Shown: in pieces, positions 10,824 through 21,669 of the stretch
How positions within the stretch are numbered: position 1 is the first letter of the stretch
Layout: each line of letters starts with the position of its first letter
DNA from: Eledone cirrhosa
Taxonomy: Eukaryota
Direction: 5' to 3'
DNA: 64,000 bases
Assembly: GCA_964016885.1 (NCBI GenBank)
Contig: OZ024761.1
Coordinates: 10,912,001-10,976,000 of the forward strand
Notes under the pieces: model-generated
What the model was told of the DNA's origin: nothing
The model's input: the letters and a program-made list of their open reading frames with translations, nothing else
Databases searched by the model: none
Position numbers and translations under genes: made by a program

Positions 10824-13340
10824 CTACAGGCTGATATAGAGAGAAGACCCATTCACTCTGGCCATTCTCCCTACTTTCACCCACCTTTCATAAAACTTGC
10901 TGGGGTAGAGCACCTCTCTCTCCATTCTGATCCTTCTTTTAAAATGGTATTTGAAAAAGGGGACCAGTTGTTGGCCGGAGAGAAAGGTGTCTGACCTCAG
11001 CCCTTTCAGCCTCGTCCACCATACAACTTCTTTAGCCATGGCTACCACACAGAGAAAAACCGCCTCTCCTTCGTTTTTGAAAGGGGGAGGCGGTTTGATC
11101 GTGACAATGGACTCGGTGGTCAACCGGATTGGTCCCACCCTCGACAGTAGTCGTTCCACATAGCCCCACAGGTCAGCAATGCCTGGGCAGTGTACGAATG
11201 CGTGCGCAACGGTTTCGTCATCATGCACGCATCTCGGACAGATCTTATTCAAAGGATCTCTACCCAGGCTCCCATGTCTGTGGAGCTTGTCTCGAACGGG
11301 TAGAGCCCCTCGGTAGCACTGCCAAGCCAGGGACTTTTGGAAGTTGTCCATCGGTCCAGGGCCAAACGTCCTACCGAACAGACTGGCCAGTTCATCTTCC
11401 TCCATGCCTAGAGCTTCTCCGAGAGCATCGTCGCACCTGCTGCGTACCAACCCTCTATAGAATGTCGAGGTGGAGTCTCCACTGATTGCCGGGTCCGCTT
11501 TCCAGAGGGCCGTGAGCGCCTGGGCACATTCAATGTGCCAGTCGCCCACTTTTCTCGGTCTTTGCTTGACCCAGGATTGCAGCTCGGTGAGCGAGACGAG
11601 TCTGGGAAAGGCTCGCCTCACAAACGGGGCCCACACCGGTTGACCGGTGAGGAATACCTGGAGGTGCCGTAGCCTTAATGCGTGTTTACGCATCTGTAGC
11701 CACGGCATCCCCAGCCCTCCTTTCGAAGGGTGTTGACAGCAGATGGATCTCCTCACCAAAGGGGTCCGCTTGTTCCAAAGAAATTGGAACAGCGCGCACT
11801 CCATTTTGGCGAGTCTTTTCACTGGGCAAGGCACGACGGTCAAGCGGTAGTAGATGACGGATGCTATATAAGTATTCGCCACCTCCGCTCGACCTTTCAG
11901 GGATAGTTTGCACTGGGCCCACTTCTGGGTGAGTGCAAACACCCTGGCCGTTACCTCGTTCCAGTTTTTCTCCACCTGGAGGTCTGGTCCGAACCAGACC
12001 CCAAGCAGCTTCACCGGGCCCTCCGTCCAGCGTCCGACGACGTCGTTGGAGGGCATCGGTTTGCCTCTCCATGTTCCGAGTTGCAAACCAACGGACTTGT
12101 CCCGGTTCAGCTTGGCTCCTGTAAACCTTTCATATTCCTCCAGTAAGGTGCCGATCTCACCGATTTGCGAGGTTTTCGACACCATTACTGTCACGTCATC
12201 GGCGTAGGCCGACGCCGCTTTCTGCAATCCCGGTTCCAAAGGGATGCCCTGCAACCGCTCCAACTTCCGCAGTAGTGGCTCAAGAGCCAGCACATACAGT
12301 AGGGAGGAGAGAGGGCATCCCTGTCGGATGGATCGCATGATTTGGAACGGCTCCGAGAGGTGGCCGTTCACCTTGACCCTTGAGCAGACGTTGCTGCTGT
12401 GCATCGCAGCAATCCAACCCCTGAAAACGGGTCCGAAGCCTGCCGCCGCGAGCACCGCATCCAGGTAACGATGGTCAACCCTATCGAAAGCTTTAGATTG
12501 ATCCAAGTTGATCAGGGCCCCACCAAAGCCGGGTTCATTCCCTACCCTCTCTATGATGTATCGCATAAGGTGGAGATTGTCGTGAATGGACCTGGACGGG
12601 ATTGCGCATGTCTGCGCTTCTCCCACCAGGTTTCCAACGACAAGCGCCAACCTCTTCGCTAACACCTTGGCCAAAATCTTTAACTCTGTATTTAGCAGAG
12701 TTATGGGCCTGAAGTTACTTATGTCATCCCCCTTGTTCTCATCCTTCCTCACCAGCGTAACTACGCCCTTGGTCACAGAACTGGGAATTCTCCCGTTCTG
12801 CTGCCAGTTGCAGTAGACCGCTTCGAGGATATCGGAGAACAAGTCCGGCATCGCTACATATAGCTCGTATGGTAGACCATCGAGACCCGGGGATTTGCGT
12901 TTGCCGCATTGGCTCAGCGCCGCCCCTATCTCAGCAGCTGAAATCGTCCTTTCGCAGGACTTCGCCTCCGCGTCCGAGAGGCGCGGCAGACCGTCGAGGT
13001 ATGGATTGAAATCCATAGTCTCACCCGGCGCGCCGCCCCTCTCGAACAGTCGTGCAAAGTGCCGCTGAAAGGCCGCACACATCTGCCCAGGTTCAAGGAT
13101 CACACGCCCATCCTGGTCCTTCAAAGACCGAATCGTGGACTTGTTCCCACTTTTTGCCTCTGTCACTCGGGCCCAGCTTACAGCTTTGGCTCCCTCATTA
13201 CCCAGAGCACGTATTTTACTCCTGACAACGCAGCCTTCATGCTTCACCTCAAAGAACTGGTCTAAGGCCATTCTTGATGCCAGCACGCCGGCTACATTGC
13301 CACTCCTAATCGCCTCTTCTACTCTATCTACTAATTCCCT
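10824..13340 (-). CDS. LINE ORF2, reverse transcriptase plus C-terminal zinc finger (downstream of frameshift)
   Basis: Motifs KSPGLDGLP, NFRPITLLN, LDQSKAFDRV, RQGCPLS, YADD, GGLG, and CPRC..DETVAHAFVHC. Confidence 0.92.
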   Translation of the reverse strand, partial: RELVDRVEEAIRSGNVAGVLASRMALDQFFEVKHEGCVVRSKIRALGNEGAKAVSWARVTEAKSGNKSTIRSLKDQDGRVILEPGQMCAAFQRHFARLFERGGAPGETMDFNPYLDGLPRLSDAEAKSCERTISAAEIGAALSQCGKRKSPGLDGLPYELYVAMPDLFSDILEAVYCNWQQNGRIPSSVTKGVVTLVRKDENKGDDISNFRPITLLNTELKILAKVLAKRLALVVGNLVGEAQTCAIPSRSIHDNLHLMRYIIERVGNEPGFGGALINLDQSKAFDRVDHRYLDAVLAAAGFGPVFRGWIAAMHSSNVCSRVKVNGHLSEPFQIMRSIRQGCPLSSLLYVLALEPLLRKLERLQGIPLEPGLQKAASAYADDVTVMVSKTSQIGEIGTLLEEYERFTGAKLNRDKSVGLQLGTWRGKPMPSNDVVGRWTEGPVKLLGVWFGPDLQVEKNWNEVTARVFALTQKWAQCKLSLKGRAEVANTYIASVIYYRLTVVPCPVKRLAKMECALFQFLWNKRTPLVRRSICCQHPSKGGLGMPWLQMRKHALRLRHLQVFLTGQPVWAPFVRRAFPRLVSLTELQSWVKQRPRKVGDWHIECAQALTALWKADPAISGDSTSTFYRGLVRSRCDDALGEALGMEEDELASLFGRTFGPGPMDNFQKSLAWQCYRGALPVRDKLHRHGSLGRDPLNKICPRCVHDDETVAHAFVHCPGIADLWGYVERLLSRVGPIRLTTESIVTIKPPPPFKNEGEAVFLCVVAMAKEVVWWTRLKGLRSDTFLSGQQLVPFFKYHFKRRIRMEREVLYPSKFYERWVKVGRMARVNGSSLYISL

Positions 13341-14262
13341 TTTCCGTCTTGTTCCTATCCCTTGCTAATTCCTGACTAAAACCTATCGATTCTATTCTAA
13401 TTGCTCTCTTAAGAGAGCTCCACCACCTGTTGTTGACAATTGCCCCTGTCAAATTCTGCTTAACTAACGTGCTAATCCGTTTACTGTAAGCTTTGCTTCT
13501 CGGTAAGGACAAGTTCAGCTTCCAGTAACCGGGTCCCTGTCTATGGGTTCTATCAAGGTTGGCTATGCAGGTCACTAACTTGTGATCCGAATAGTCAACC
13601 ATGAACATTTTTGGACAGCTAAATGTGTCCCTATCGTTCTCTCTAACTAGGACCCTATCTAGGTACGACCTAGATGTTCCACTGCGATTGGTCCACGTCC
13701 ATAGTGGTACAGTCGGAAAATCTAGTCGATATCTATCGGCCAGGTCAAATCGGCCGATTAACCTTTTGAGGCTTTTACACCCCCCTCTATTGGCACATGC
13801 CCCTACATAGTCCCAACGTGCATCCAGGATACCATTCCAGTCCCCCACTAAAAGCAAGGAGCGGGACGTTCCCAGAAAAGTTTCCAGACGTTGGAAGTAT
13901 TCCGGCCGCGCTGCCCAAAAAGGGGCGTACACAGCTATTAGTCTAAGGGCTCCACTTTCACTACTGCCGACGTCTAAAACCACCAGTCGACCCTCCGGGT
14001 CCAGGTGCACCTTCTGTATGGCGAGGCCCAGGTGTTTTCGCAGCAGAACGACAACTCCACCCCCACCCCCCGGTTGACAGAGAGATGCGAAGATCTCAAA
14101 GTCGTCGAAGAGGGGCGCCAGTTGGTGCTCGCTGCTGATCCTGGACTCGCAAATAGCCATTACATCCATTCTATGTGACCTGAGATCGTTTAAAAGTTTG
14201 CCTTGTTTCCAAGACAGTCCCAGGCCACGTACATTCAGAAACCCAACTCTTATATCAGCCAT
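13324..14262 (-). CDS. LINE ORF2, N-terminal AP-endonuclease domain (joined to RT by a 1-nt frameshift near 13340)
   Basis: Motifs LNVRGL, ICE, AVYAP, GDWN, SYLDRV, SDH and GPGYWKLN, characteristic of L1/Tx1 APE. Confidence 0.9.
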   Translation of the reverse strand: MADIRVGFLNVRGLGLSWKQGKLLNDLRSHRMDVMAICESRISSEHQLAPLFDDFEIFASLCQPGGGGGVVVLLRKHLGLAIQKVHLDPEGRLVVLDVGSSESGALRLIAVYAPFWAARPEYFQRLETFLGTSRSLLLVGDWNGILDARWDYVGACANRGGCKSLKRLIGRFDLADRYRLDFPTVPLWTWTNRSGTSRSYLDRVLVRENDRDTFSCPKMFMVDYSDHKLVTCIANLDRTHRQGPGYWKLNLSLPRSKAYSKRISTLVKQNLTGAIVNNRWWSSLKRAIRIESIGFSQELARDRNKTEKGISR

Positions 14263-14283
14263 GTTGGTTAAAAGAGGAAGGAC

Positions 14284-16029
14284 CTACCTGTTCGGCTCCT
14301 GAGGAGCAGGTTGCACAATATCCATGGGCGTATTGGAGGGGTTGTTTGGTGGGGTGTTGTTCTGTGGTGGAGTGGGGGTGTTTGGTGAGGTGTGGGTGGG
14401 GAAACGTTTCAAGAGGACGCGGTTATAGGGTCGAGTACATGTTTTCCCCACGTCCTCAGGAAAGTTCTCTCTTAGTTTTGCATAGGTGTCCATTGGGAGT
14501 CTTATCATTTTTAAATGCGGTTTGTTGGCCGCGCTTGCAAAGAATTGCCCTTCAGTTTCCACCAAAGGGTCTTTGTGTATTGTTTTTACTAGTTCTTTGT
14601 TATTTGTGTTAATGTATGTATACTGTTTTATTTGTGTTGTGTTTGTTTGTTGTTCTTGTGTGTGCTTACGTTTTGTTGTATGTGTTATGTTTTGGGGTGG
14701 GGCGGATTTTGTTTGTTCTGTTTGTTTTGTTTTTGTTGGTGGTTGTGTGTTTGTTTCGTTTATGTTCGAGTGGTGCTTTCTTTTTTTCCTTTTTACAGGT
14801 TGGAAGGGTTCCCCCTCTTCGTCACTAGGTGCCGTTTCCGCTGGGTCCTCGTCCGTGCTGTCGGGTAGTGGTGTATTTTGGGGGTTTGTTGTATTTGTGT
14901 GTGTTTTGGGAGTTGTTTTGGGTGGGGCCGTGTCTTGTGTTATTTTTCCCTGTTGTTTTTGTTGTTGTTGTTGTGGTGGTGGTGGAGGTGGTGGTGGTGG
15001 TGGTGGTGGTGGCGGTGGTGGTGTGTGGGGTGTAGGCAAAAGAGCCTTTTTTTTTGTCAATTGAGGACAAGCAGCCCTTAGATGACCCCTGCTTGAACAG
15101 TAGTAACATATGGGCCTCCTACCCTCGGCTGAAATATATATAAATGTTTCTCCATCGAGGGACACCCTCTGTGGTATTCTAGCGATTCGTTCTGGTCTCA
15201 TTTGGACCAGAACCTCCACGCTCAAACCGCCAAAAACGTCTGTGGTGACTTCTCCTACTGAGAGGATTCCGTCCTCGTCTTCTAAAAATCCTGTTAGTAC
15301 CCAGGAAATGCATGCATTTGGCCGGATTCCGGAGACCCTTATCTTCTGCGTTCTTTTCCCTAAATATGTGGGGAAAAATGTATATATCTTGGAAACAATT
15401 GGTGCCACAGAGTATTTCCTGGCCGTCAATTGATCCTTCATTAGGACCGTTATATTCCCATAGAGTGGCCCTTTTTGTATGAACGATATATCACTCCACA
15501 CATTTTTTAGGACCAGCTCAATCTCTTTTTGGGATAATTGAGTTGGTTTCCTTGTTATGTTGGAAATTGTTCTGAAAGATATCGTTCTTAGCGTCGTGTC
15601 TCTTTTGATTTCTTGTGGGGAGGTGATTGTGAAGTCTCCTCCTTCTTTGAAAGTTACATACTGTTTCGCTTCCTTCATCTTTTCTCTCAGAGTTGTAATG
15701 TCCAGTTGCTTGCAGGTTTGTGTTTTCCGGACCGCCTGTGCAAAGGAGGTACCAGTAGTGGGTTCACTTTGTTTGGTGTTATCGTTATTTTTTCCTTGGT
15801 TGGTGTTGTGACTATTGCTGTTATTGTCGTTGATGTTTTTGTCTGCGTTTATGTGACTTTCTGGGTTTTCACCCATTTCTACAAATTTTTCTTTTAATTC
15901 CGTGTTCCATGTTTCTTTTGCAGAAGTGAGGAGGGAAGACTTAGAGCCTTGTGCTTCTAGCTTCTCTGTATCACCTTTCTTAGGGGGCGTGGCTTTCACG
16001 TTAGGATGAGATGTGAAAATTCCGTCCAT
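14284..16029 (-). CDS. LINE ORF1 (gag-like, 581 aa from first ATG)
   Basis: CX2CX4HX4C knuckle CYYCSSRGHLRAAC, Pro/Gln-rich tail and basic KRKKRK; ends about 20 nt before the ORF2 ATG. Confidence 0.85.
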   Translation of the reverse strand: MDGIFTSHPNVKATPPKKGDTEKLEAQGSKSSLLTSAKETWNTELKEKFVEMGENPESHINADKNINDNNSNSHNTNQGKNNDNTKQSEPTTGTSFAQAVRKTQTCKQLDITTLREKMKEAKQYVTFKEGGDFTITSPQEIKRDTTLRTISFRTISNITRKPTQLSQKEIELVLKNVWSDISFIQKGPLYGNITVLMKDQLTARKYSVAPIVSKIYTFFPTYLGKRTQKIRVSGIRPNACISWVLTGFLEDEDGILSVGEVTTDVFGGLSVEVLVQMRPERIARIPQRVSLDGETFIYISAEGRRPICYYCSSRGHLRAACPQLTKKKALLPTPHTPPPPPPPPPPPPPPPPQQQQQKQQGKITQDTAPPKTTPKTHTNTTNPQNTPLPDSTDEDPAETAPSDEEGEPFQPVKRKKRKHHSNINETNTQPPTKTKQTEQTKSAPPQNITHTTKRKHTQEQQTNTTQIKQYTYINTNNKELVKTIHKDPLVETEGQFFASAANKPHLKMIRLPMDTYAKLRENFPEDVGKTCTRPYNRVLLKRFPTHTSPNTPTPPQNNTPPNNPSNTPMDIVQPAPQEPNR

Positions 16030-16240
16030 TTCTATTAGTTTGCCGTAATAAATTTTTAACTGGAAAATTCGCCCCAAAAAGGGGCGAAAATAAATAAACT
16101 CAAAGTTTGACGACCAAGGCAAGGGGTTAACGTATATTACAGTATAAAAAAATTAATCAAAACTCACTTTTTGAGTAAGTAAATCCGACTCGGTAGCCGA
16201 GCTTGTTCACACACGTCAACACACGTCTCTCGTATACGAG

Positions 16241-17205
16241 ATGTTATGTGAGATATTATGTGAGGTAAAGCCTTTACTGTGAAAATACAATAGTATATAT
16301 AGAGTAATGTAAATGTTATGTAAGATATTATGTGAGGTAAAGACTTTACTGTGACAATACAATAGTATATATAGAGTAATGTAAATGTTATGTGAGATAT
16401 TATGTGAGGTAAAGCCTTTACTGTGAAAATACAATAGTAGATATAGAGTAATGTAAATGTTATGTAAGATATTATGTGAGGTAAAGCCTTTACTGTGAAA
16501 ATACAATAGTAGATATAGAGTAATGTAAATGTTATGTGAGGTATTATGTGAGGCAAAGCCTTTACTGTGAAAATACAATAGTAGATATAGAGTAATGTAA
16601 ATGTTATGTGAGGTATTATGTGAGGCAAAGCCTTTACTGTGAAAATACAATAGTAGATATAGAGTAATGTAAATGTTATGTAAGATATTATGTGAGGTAA
16701 AGCCTTTACTGTGAAAATACAATAGTAGATATAGAGTAATGTAAATGTTATGTGAGGTATTATGTGAGGCAAAGCCTTTACTGTGAAAATACAATAGTAG
16801 ATATAGAGTAATGTAAATGTTATGTAAGATATTATGTGAGGTAAAGCCTTTACTGTGAAAATACAATAGTAGATATAGAGTAATGTAAATGTTATGTGAG
16901 GTATTATGTGAGGCCCTTTATGGTCTGAGGTTATGTGAGGTATTATGTGAGGCCCTTTATGGTCTGAGTTCAAATCCCGCCGAGGTTAACTTTGCCTTTC
17001 ATCCTTACGGGGTCGATAAAATAAAGTACCAGTAATGCACTGGGTAATTACTGGCCTTGTGCCAAAAGTAGAAACAATTATGTGAGGCAAAGCCTTTACT
17101 GTGAAAATACAATAGTATATATAGAGTAATGTAAATGTTATGTAAGATATTATGTGAGGCAAAGCCTTTACTGTGAAAATACAATAGTAGATATAGAGTA
17201 GTGTA
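16241..17205. repeat. 72-bp tandem array, right part, interrupted by a SINE at ~16912-17078
   Basis: Same unit as 9160-10586. Confidence 0.93.
16912..17078 (+). mobile_element. Family-1 tRNA-SINE (5'-truncated) inside the 72-bp array
   Basis: B-box GAGTTCAAATCCCGCC followed by GAGGTTAACTTTGCCTTTCATCCTTACGGGGTCGATAAAATAAAGTACCAG. Confidence 0.8.
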
Positions 17206-17632
17206 AATACTAAAGGGTTAACTGGCTTCCTACTAGGTTACATCTCATAGGTTTCTCGGGTGTTTTAATGAAAGTGGTCCCAGTCCTGCCAGCTTGTGAA
17301 TTAACAAGTAAGTGGCTGAGCATCCTACAGATATGGGCAGACTAAAGTGATTCCCAATCCAAGTCAGTGACAAGACTGGTCTTGGAATTACAGCTACAGT
17401 CCATCTTGTATTATAGCTGTAAGTGGCTGAGCATTCCACAGACACATGTACCTTTGCTGTTGTTCTCAGGGAGATTCAGCATGCCACAGATACTGTGTAC
17501 CTTTACTGTTGTTCTCAGGGAGATTCAGCATGCCACAGTGTAACAACAACAGTAGGTTGGTTGGATCAGGACTGACCTGGGGCTAAACAACAACAAAAGA
17601 AACACATGATTTGGACATTGAATTTCTAACAC

Positions 17633-17678
<46 letters not shown>

Positions 17679-18425
17679 TTACACATATCTATATATATAT
17701 ATATTTATATATATATATATAAATGTGAGTGTGTTTATATTGTTTTTAACTAATCTAATTTTTCACTATATATACACACATACATATATATACATATATA
17801 CATATATATACATACATATATACATATACATACATACATATACATACATATATACATATACATACATATATATATATACATACATACATTTATACATATA
17901 TATACATACATACATTTATACATATATATACATACATACATATATATACATACATATGGTGGCTGCCAACTCGTTTTCGAGTACGGCCACTACTTTATAT
18001 CCATGTAGGAGAACCCCTACCGATGCGCTGAACGAGTGTGACTTTTTAGTCCAGCCAGCGACTTGAAAACTGGCACAATCACTACACTTGTGACAATTAT
18101 TGACACATAGTGTTGGGCCCATGGTACCACGTGATGACAAGTGCAGAGAGATCTCCAGATATAAAGCAATGCCTGTGCCGTGAAGCTTTTATAGTGAGCA
18201 AAGGCAATGCACAAAGCCAGTCCCACTCTCTTAACCAAGATGATATTTACCAAAAAGAAGAACAAGTCAACATCATTGGATACCATCAGGGTTGCAGGTG
18301 TTATATCAGAGTTTTCCTTCTCCTAGAATTCTGCCTTGACAAAGGCTAAGGGGTCATCTCTCCCGGTGATTTTAGATGGCCATTGACTCTTAAGAGCTCC
18401 TTTGCCCTTTTTTACATATATATGC

Positions 18426-18464
<39 letters not shown>

Positions 18465-18799
18465 CATATATATACATACATACACACATATCTATATATA
18501 TATATATATGTAAGCTCTACTAATCGAACACAATTAATCTTTATTGATGAAGTAATAAAGAGGAATGGGAACAAGAAGGGGGGGGGGGGGGTCATCTAAT
18601 TTGGCAGCTGAAACAGAGGCTAATCAACAACCACTAATGAAGTAACGAGAAAAAATATTGTTTACGTTTTAATTATGATATATATATGTATATACATGTG
18701 TGTGTATATATATATATATATATATACATATATAACGTATGTATATATAAATACATATATATATATATGTATGTATAAACGTGTGTATATATTTAAATG

Positions 18800-18838
<39 letters not shown>

Positions 18839-19059
18839 ATATATATATGTATATACATATATCATCATCATTTCATTTTACGTCCACTTTTTCCCTGCTT
18901 GCAAGGGTGGGACGGGAACTGATACTGGCTTGATCTCTACAGCTGGATGCCCTTCCTAACACCAACCTCATTTATAGTCTGTGCTGGGTGCTTTTTTTTT
19001 GCCGTGGCACCTCCACGACCACTTTGCAGTGGAATGATAGGGACTCCATTCATCAACAC

Positions 19060-19520
19060 CTAGTTTTCTGAGAGCCCACCAGATAATGGGGCGGGGGACT
19101 CTGTCAACGGCTTGCTCCAAGTCAACAAAAGCTAAGTAGAGGGGTTTACTTTTAGCTAGGTACTTCTCCTGTAGTTGTCGTACAATGAAAAGAGCGTCTG
19201 TGGCACAAACCCGAACTGCATTTCATCTAGGTCAATTCTCTCTCTGATTAGTTGCGCTATTACTTTTTCCGTGACCTTCATGACCTGGTCAATTAATTTA
19301 ATGCCTTTATAGTTTCCCCTATCTAGGGCATCTCCTTTACCCTTGTAGCAGTTAATGATCATGCTGCTATGCCAGTCCTTCGGAACGACCCCATTCTGTA
19401 TGACTTGGTTTACTATACGGGTGACCATAGTGTGTCCCACCGTTCCAGATGCTTTCAGAATTTCAGCAACTATTTCCGAAGGCCCAACCGCCTTGTCCGT
19501 CTTCATATCGTTGGTCGCCT
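19060..19520 (-). pseudogene. Degraded RTE/BovB-like LINE reverse transcriptase fragment
   Basis: KAVGPSEIVAEILK..VPKDW..YKGKGD..NYKGIKL..EMQFGFVP, then after a frameshift LAFVDLEQAVDRVP. Confidence 0.85.
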
Positions 19521-19687
19521 TATGTGTAATAATAATTGTTTTTACTTTGGGCACAAGGCCAGCAATTACGCAGGGTATTACTGGTACTTTATTTTATCGA
19601 CCCCATAAGGATGAAAGGCAAAGTTAACCTCAGCGGGATTTGAACTCAGAATGGCAAGGGCCGATCAGAGAACTTCCATTTTATTAA

Positions 19688-20876
19688 CCCTTTAACATTC
19701 ACATTATTTTATATTACTCAAGGGCGGTGGATTGGCAGTATCGGTAGAGAGTCGGACGCCATGCTTTCCAGCATAGTTACGGCCCTTTACGATCTGAGTT
19801 CAAATCCCGCCGAGGTTAACTTTGCCTTTCATCCTTACGGGGTCGATAAAATAAAGTACCAGTAATGTACTGGGGTAATTGCTGGCCTTGTGCTAAAAGT
19901 AGAAACAATTATTTTATTTTACTCTTTACCTCACATAATATCTCACATAACATTTACATTACTCTATATATACTATTGTATTTTCACAGTAAAGGCTTTA
20001 CCTCACATAATATCTCACATAACATTTACATTACTCTATATATACTATTGTATGTTCACAGTAAAGGCTTTACCTCACATATCTCACATAACATTTACAT
20101 TACTCTATATATACTATTGTATTGTCACAGTAAAGTCTTTATCTCACATAATATCTCACATAACATTTACATTACTCTATATATACTATTGTATTTTCAC
20201 AGTAAAGTCTTTATCTCACATAATATCTTACATAACATTTACATTACTCTATATATACTATTGTATTTTCACAGTAAAGGCTTCACCTCACATAATATCT
20301 TACATAACATTTACATTACTCTATATATACTATTGTATTTTCACAGTAAAGGCTTCACCTCACATAATATCTCACATAACATTTACATTACTCTATATAT
20401 ACTATTGTATTTTCACAGTAAAGGCTTCACCTCACATAATATCTCACATAACATTTACATTACTCTATATATACTATTGTATTTTCACAGTAAAGGCTTC
20501 ACCTCACATAATATCTCACATAACATTTACATTACTCTATATATACTATTGTATTTTCACAGTAAAGGCTTTACCTCTCATAATATCTCACATAACATTT
20601 ACATTACTCTATATATACTATTGTATTTTCATGGTAAAGTCTTTATCTCACATAATATCTCACATAACATTTACATTACTCTATATATACTATTATATTT
20701 TCATGGTAAATGCTTTATCACACAAAATTATCTCACATAATATCGAATCTATGAGATTTTGAAAGTATTTATTTTGAGAACATTTTAACATCAGTTTGAG
20801 CAACCAGTTACAGCCAGTTTCAACAGAAAGAAGTAGAGAATTCTGGCCGGTTTTGGCCGGTTTGAACATTAAAGGG
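19688..20876. mobile_element. Second piggyBac-like non-autonomous element, inverted relative to 9017-17217, with the same 72-bp internal array (19925-20740)
   Basis: TTAA at 19684-19687 and 20877-20880; TIR CCCTTTAACATTCA / TGAACATTAAAGGG; 20740-20876 is the diverged reverse complement of 9017-9157. Confidence 0.8.
19722..19910 (+). mobile_element. Full-length family-1 tRNA-SINE
   Basis: A-box-like TGGCAGTATCGG, B-box GAGTTCAAATCC, conserved body and A/T-rich tail. Confidence 0.8.
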
Positions 20877-21029
20877 TTAAACAATACTGAAGTGTACCTG
20901 TGCCATATTGTCAATAGATGATATATATGTGTAAAATTCATGGATGTTAGTTCTTTACTGAGGAGAAATATTTTTAGGGGTGTTTATAAAATATATTTTA
21001 ACCAAATATTATTTTTGTTTTATTATCAA

Positions 21030-21620
21030 TATTTCTACTTTTGGCACAAGGCCAGCAATTACCCCAGTGCATTACTGGTACTTTATTGTATCGAGCCTGT
21101 AAGGATAAAAGGCAAATTTAACCTCGGCAGGATTTGAACTCAGAACGTAAAGGGTCATAATCCTATGCTGCAAAGCATGGTGTCTGACACTCTAACGATT
21201 TGGTTATATTATTAATATGGATTAGCAGTATCAGTAGAGGGTCGGACACCATGCTTTGCAGCAAAGAGTTACGTTCCTTTATGGTCTGAATTCAAATCCC
21301 GCCGAGATTAACTTTACCTTTCATCCTTACGGGGTCGATAAAATAAAGTACCAGTAATTCACTGGGATAATTGCTGGCCTTGTGCCTAAAGTAGAAACAA
21401 TTATTAATAGAGTAGATTGGCAGAATCGGTAGAGGGTCGGACACCATGCTTTGAAGCAGAGTTGCGTCCCTTTACGGACTGAGTTCAAATCCTGCTGAGG
21501 TTAACTTTGCCTTTTATCCTTATGGGGTCAATAAAATAAAGTACCAGTCACGCACTGGGGTCAATTTAATCGACTTTCCCCTCCCCCCCAAATGCTGGCC
21601 TTGTGCCTATATAAGAAACC
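21030..21620. mobile_element. Cluster of three family-1 SINEs (one minus, two plus)
   Basis: Reverse copy at 21030-21200, followed head-to-head by forward copies at ~21218-21405 and ~21412-21620. Confidence 0.75.
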
Positions 21621-21669
21621 ATTATTATTAAAACATAAAAATTGCAAATAATGTCAAAATTTTTCTCTC

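Larger units (their letters stand above)
10587..16240 (-). mobile_element. Full-length Tx1/L1-clade non-LTR retrotransposon (~5.65 kb)
   Basis: ORF1 with zinc knuckle; ORF2 with APE endonuclease, RT and CCHC; AATAAA near the 3' end; sharp junctions with the 72-bp array on both sides. Confidence 0.92.
9017..17217. mobile_element. Non-autonomous piggyBac-like DNA transposon with internal 72-bp tandem array, hosting nested LINE and SINE insertions
   Basis: TTAA at 9013-9016 and 17218-17221; TIR CCCTTTAGCATTTA / TAAATACTAAAGGG (13 of 14 match). Joining the flanks recreates CACCTATGTAGGTTTAACTGRCTTCCTACTAGGTTA, seen uninterrupted at 8901-8936. Confidence 0.85.

Noticed and set aside
18017-18349. 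Short ORFs in a GC-richer island
   Set aside because: No recognisable motifs or splice sites; TA-flanked and probably a repeat fragment.
19722-19812. tRNA gene
   Set aside because: A/B boxes belong to a multi-copy SINE head; no cloverleaf.
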